Part shown: positions 60,765 to 64,000 of the stretch, piece after piece
Layout: each line of letters starts with the position of its first letter
Position numbering within the stretch: the stretch's first letter is position 1
DNA from: an uncultured Actinomycetes bacterium
GTDB taxonomy: Bacteria; Actinomycetota; Thermoleophilia; Gaiellales; JALYLC01
Direction of reading: 5' to 3'
Length of the DNA stretch: 64,000 nt
Assembly (NCBI GenBank): GCA_963713435.1
Contig: CAVQLU010000003.1
Location: forward strand, 524-64,523
The notes under the pieces: model-generated
Database searches by the model: none
What the model saw: only the letters and a program-made list of their open reading frames with translations
What the model was told of the DNA's origin: nothing
Made by a program: the position numbers and the translations under genes

Positions 60765-63623
60765 CTAGGTGATCGGGACGGTCAGGAGGGCCGTGCGGTA
60801 CTTGTTCTTCGTGCCGCGGATCCCGATCGCGCCCTTCTTGGTGGGCCGGATCGAGAAGGTCGCGACGCCCTTCTTGTTCGTGATGCGCGTGATCGAGCTG
60901 ATGCCGGCGCCGGCAATGCGCACCTTGGCGGCCTTGAGCGGCTTGCCGTTCGGCATCGTCACCGTGACGGTAAAGACCCCGCGCGTCTTGCGCGCCGGCG
61001 CGCCGCCGGCCGTGAGCACCATGCGCGCCATGAGCGTCAGCTTGACCGGGCGCGAGAACCCGCCGACGTTGCCGTCGGGGTCGACCGCTGCGACGCGCCA
61101 GTAGAGCAGGCCGCCGTCGGTGAAGTCCTGCTGCGTGAGCAGCGGCGTGTAGAGCGCCTCGTCCGTCGTGTCATCGACCACGGTCGAGAGGAAGGACGTC
61201 CCGCGCCCGATCTGCACCTTGTATTGCTTGGCGTTTGGCTTGGCCTTCCAGACCAGCGTGAGCGCCCCGGTCTTCTTGGTGAAGAGCGTGTGGGCGCCCT
61301 GCGGCTCGCCGATCGTGTGCACGACGTCGCGCGTCGGGGTGTAGGCGCTCTTGAAGTTGCCCGGGAACACCGCGCGGACCTGCACCGTGCCGTGACCCGT
61401 GCCCGTCATGCGCGTGTAGCTGACGGCCGTGCTCGGGATGTTCGAGGTGACGTGCACGCTGGCGTCCGGCCACACGTCCTGGACCTCGTAGCTGACGGCG
61501 CCCGGCACGGGGTTCCAGGTGAGCGCCGGGAAGGTCTCACCGGAGAAGGCCTCCTGCGTCGTGATCGTCGGCACCGGCAGCGTCTGCACGAAGGTCTGAG
61601 TGCCCGACCAGGCGAGCCCCTTGCCGTCGTTGTTGTTGGCCCGCACGCGCCAGTAGACGGTCGCGCCGACCGGGTAGGTCGTCGTGGCCGCGTAGGCCGT
61701 CGCGTCGGTGGTGGCCGACTCGAGGATGGTGCTGAACGAATCGTCCTGAGCGACCTCGATGGTGTAGCTCGAGACCTCCTCGGGCACGACGCCCCAGTGG
61801 AACACGACCACGCCGGACGTGCTCGCGCCGCCGATCGGAGAGATCGGGGTCGGCGGCACGGAACGGTGCTGGAAGGTCGGCGTCGTCGTGAAGCCGCCGA
61901 CACCGGATGCACCGACGAAGGCCGGGAGGAGGGTGTTGCCGGTGTCCACCGGAACGACCTGCCAGTAATAGCTCGTGCCCTCGTCGACGAGCGATTGCGA
62001 AGGCGCGTAACAGGGCTCCTTGGTGTAGGCCGCCTCCACCGGAGTGGCGAAGTTCGAATCGCGCGCGATCGCGACCCAGTAGCCCACGCTCGCCCGCACG
62101 GCGCCTGTCCCATCCATGTCCGCCGGCTTCCAGCAGAGCAGCGGGTTCTTGCCGACGGTGGTGCCGTTCTGCGTGCTCACGATGTCGATCGCCGGATTCA
62201 GACGTCCGGCGCACCCGGGCGATCCGCACGAGTTGGGAGGGTTGGTGAATCCCTCGCTGCCGGCATGGAAGTCGACACTTGCGAACGGTCCGGCCTGAGC
62301 CGATCCGTCGATCGCGTTGTCCGCGTAGGCGCGGACGGAGACCGTGCAGTTGCCCGTCAGGCCAGGGTTATCCGATTTGAAGTTCCAGCCGGGCGCCTGG
62401 AAGATCCCCGGCCGCGGATCGGGAAAGGCGTCTGTGCGAGGCGTCCACACCGTGTTGGAGGTCGCGTAGCTGTGCAGATCGGTGCCGCAGAGGACCTGCA
62501 CCTCGTACGTGCGAGCGCCGGGAACGGTGTTCCACATCACGACCGGCTCGTCGACGTTTCCGGCGAATCCGATCGGCTCGAGCTTCGAGTTATAGACCCT
62601 GAGATTCTGCGGTCCGGCGGGGATGGTCCGATCCCACGCCTTATCGAATGCCGCACCGTTGTTCCACGGCCCGGCCTGCCCCTGAGGATCGACTCCGCGA
62701 ACGCGCCAGTAGTAGGAGTTGTCCGGCAGCGACTGCGCGGGCGCAAACGACGTCGAATTGGTGTTGGCGGACATCATGCGCGAGCCTGGGGCGAAGCCCG
62801 GGTCCGCGTTGACCTCGAGCTGATAGCTGGCGGCGCCCAGAATCGGCGCCCACGTGAAGAGCGGGTCGAAGATCTCCTGTGCCGCGACCATGTCGCTGAC
62901 CGACGGGGTCGTCGCGCCGTTCCACGTCCACACGAACGACGAGATGGAGGACGGCTTGCCGGCGTGGCCCTCGGCGTCGACCGGGGTGATCTGCCAGTAG
63001 TAGGTGCCCGGGTGCAGCGAGCTCGAGATGGCGAAGTTCGTGTTCGTCGTCGAGATCGGCTTGCCGCCGTCGTTGATGGCGAGCGCGCCGCTCGAGATGA
63101 TCCCGCCCGGAGCGTCGACCCCACCGCCCGGAGCGCCGCCGGCGACCGAGATGAGGTACGTCGCGGCGCCGGAGACCTGCGACCAGCGCAGGATCACGGG
63201 CGACGGATACGAGATCACACCGAGATTGGCCGGCGTGGCGAGCGTGGCCAGCGCGGCCCACTTCTTCGTGAACTTGCGCACCGGCGTCCACTTCGAGGCC
63301 CCGCCGTTCTTGTCGAGCGAGCGCAGGCGCCAGAAGTACGCGCCGTTGGGGAGCACCTTGTTGTGGATGTAGCGGACGTTCCCGGTGGTGACGTCGATCA
63401 TGGCCGGGTTGAAGCCCGCGTCGCTCGCGATCTGCACCTCGTATGTCGCCGCGCGCGCAGCCTTCTTCCACGTCAGGATCGGCATGGTCGTGACGTTGGC
63501 GGTCACGCCGGGCGAGGTGGCCTTCGGACGTGCCGGGGCGGCCTGGGCCGCGACGGGCGTGAGGAGGAGGCCGGCCGCGACGGTAAGCGCGAGCAGGCGT
63601 GCAGAAAAGCGAGTCATGCGCAT
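60765..63623 (-). CDS. Large secreted FN3/Ig-like repeat protein with basic C-terminal domain
   Basis: Signal peptide ending AQA; repeated W..V.GA..YEVQ and Y(Y/F)W(R/Q)V units; Lys-rich terminal domain. Confidence 0.8.
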   Translation of the reverse strand: MRMTRFSARLLALTVAAGLLLTPVAAQAAPARPKATSPGVTANVTTMPILTWKKAARAATYEVQIASDAGFNPAMIDVTTGNVRYIHNKVLPNGAYFWRLRSLDKNGGASKWTPVRKFTKKWAALATLATPANLGVISYPSPVILRWSQVSGAATYLISVAGGAPGGGVDAPGGIISSGALAINDGGKPISTTNTNFAISSSLHPGTYYWQITPVDAEGHAGKPSSISSFVWTWNGATTPSVSDMVAAQEIFDPLFTWAPILGAASYQLEVNADPGFAPGSRMMSANTNSTSFAPAQSLPDNSYYWRVRGVDPQGQAGPWNNGAAFDKAWDRTIPAGPQNLRVYNSKLEPIGFAGNVDEPVVMWNTVPGARTYEVQVLCGTDLHSYATSNTVWTPRTDAFPDPRPGIFQAPGWNFKSDNPGLTGNCTVSVRAYADNAIDGSAQAGPFASVDFHAGSEGFTNPPNSCGSPGCAGRLNPAIDIVSTQNGTTVGKNPLLCWKPADMDGTGAVRASVGYWVAIARDSNFATPVEAAYTKEPCYAPSQSLVDEGTSYYWQVVPVDTGNTLLPAFVGASGVGGFTTTPTFQHRSVPPTPISPIGGASTSGVVVFHWGVVPEEVSSYTIEVAQDDSFSTILESATTDATAYAATTTYPVGATVYWRVRANNNDGKGLAWSGTQTFVQTLPVPTITTQEAFSGETFPALTWNPVPGAVSYEVQDVWPDASVHVTSNIPSTAVSYTRMTGTGHGTVQVRAVFPGNFKSAYTPTRDVVHTIGEPQGAHTLFTKKTGALTLVWKAKPNAKQYKVQIGRGTSFLSTVVDDTTDEALYTPLLTQQDFTDGGLLYWRVAAVDPDGNVGGFSRPVKLTLMARMVLTAGGAPARKTRGVFTVTVTMPNGKPLKAAKVRIAGAGISSITRITNKKGVATFSIRPTKKGAIGIRGTKNKYRTALLTVPIT

Positions 63624-63643
63624 TTCATCGCCCTCGGGGGGAT

Positions 63644-63675
63644 GCCCCTGATCACCCGTGGGAGTGATCAGGGGC
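63644..63675. terminator. Perfect 12-bp hairpin between clp gene and downstream gene
   Basis: GCCCCTGATCAC-N8-GTGATCAGGGGC. Confidence 0.5.
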
Positions 63676-63711
63676 GCCCTCACGCCCTGCTAGGTGCTTG
63701 CTGCGAAGCCG

Positions 63712-64000
63712 TCAGGCAGCCAGAGCGACGACCGGCTCGACGCGCAGCTCGATCGCGCCGTCGACCGCATCGACGCTCACCACCGCATCGCCGGCCGGTG
63801 CCTGCTCCAGCAGGAGCTTGGCCAGCGGGTTCTCGATCAGGCGCTGGATCGCGCGCTTGAGCGGGCGGGCGCCGAAGGCCGGGTCGTTGCCCTCCTCGGC
63901 GATCAGCTCGCGTGCCGCGTCGCTCACGACCAGGCCCAGCCCGCGCTCGGCCAGCCGCGTGCGCAGCCGCTGCAGTTGCAGGCCGACGACCGCTCGCAGC
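63712..64000 (-). CDS. clpB: ClpB/ClpC chaperone, C-terminal end (5'-partial)
   Basis: DPAFGARPLKRAIQRLIENPLA. Confidence 0.85.
   Translation of the reverse strand, partial: LRAVVGLQLQRLRTRLAERGLGLVVSDAARELIAEEGNDPAFGARPLKRAIQRLIENPLAKLLLEQAPAGDAVVSVDAVDGAIELRVEPVVALAA

Noticed and set aside
60330..63860. 1176-aa plus-strand ORF and similar long antisense ORFs (22303-24885, 35638-37743, 52989-55307)
   Set aside because: Shadow ORFs opposite real genes, expected at this GC content; no motifs.

Overview
High-GC chromosomal segment, most likely from a deep-branching actinobacterium (Thermoleophilia/Gaiellales-like; inferred from gene order and widespread leaderless TANNNT promoters). The first ~22 kb has many indel frameshifts that look like long-read assembly errors. 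Core content: DinG helicase, trxB, nth-addAB-ferredoxin, ccdA/ccmH/tlpA, an L,D-transpeptidase, the conserved rsmI-metG-tatD-rsmA-ispE / tRNA-Gln / glmU-prs-rplY-pth / mfd-prsA-prsA-mazG-eno-pyk block, and the 3' end of a ClpB/ClpC gene. Most interesting accessory features: (1) a ~285-bp non-coding, highly structured element with 19-bp terminal inverted repeats between a stop codon and the tRNA-Gln promoter; (2) a secreted-protein operon (Gly-rich solenoid, GH26-like, DUF1800, DUF1501, cupredoxin) in which two proteins share an HRLHVPP motif; (3) a GT4 plus CE4-deacetylase/flippase fusion, a candidate amino-sugar lipid pathway; (4) a GH18 / hyaluronan-chitin-synthase-like GT2 / CE4 / inactive GH18 operon whose last gene carries three 33-nt palindromes in frame. 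No CRISPR array, rRNA or transposase was seen. All family assignments come from motif recognition by eye, not database searches.
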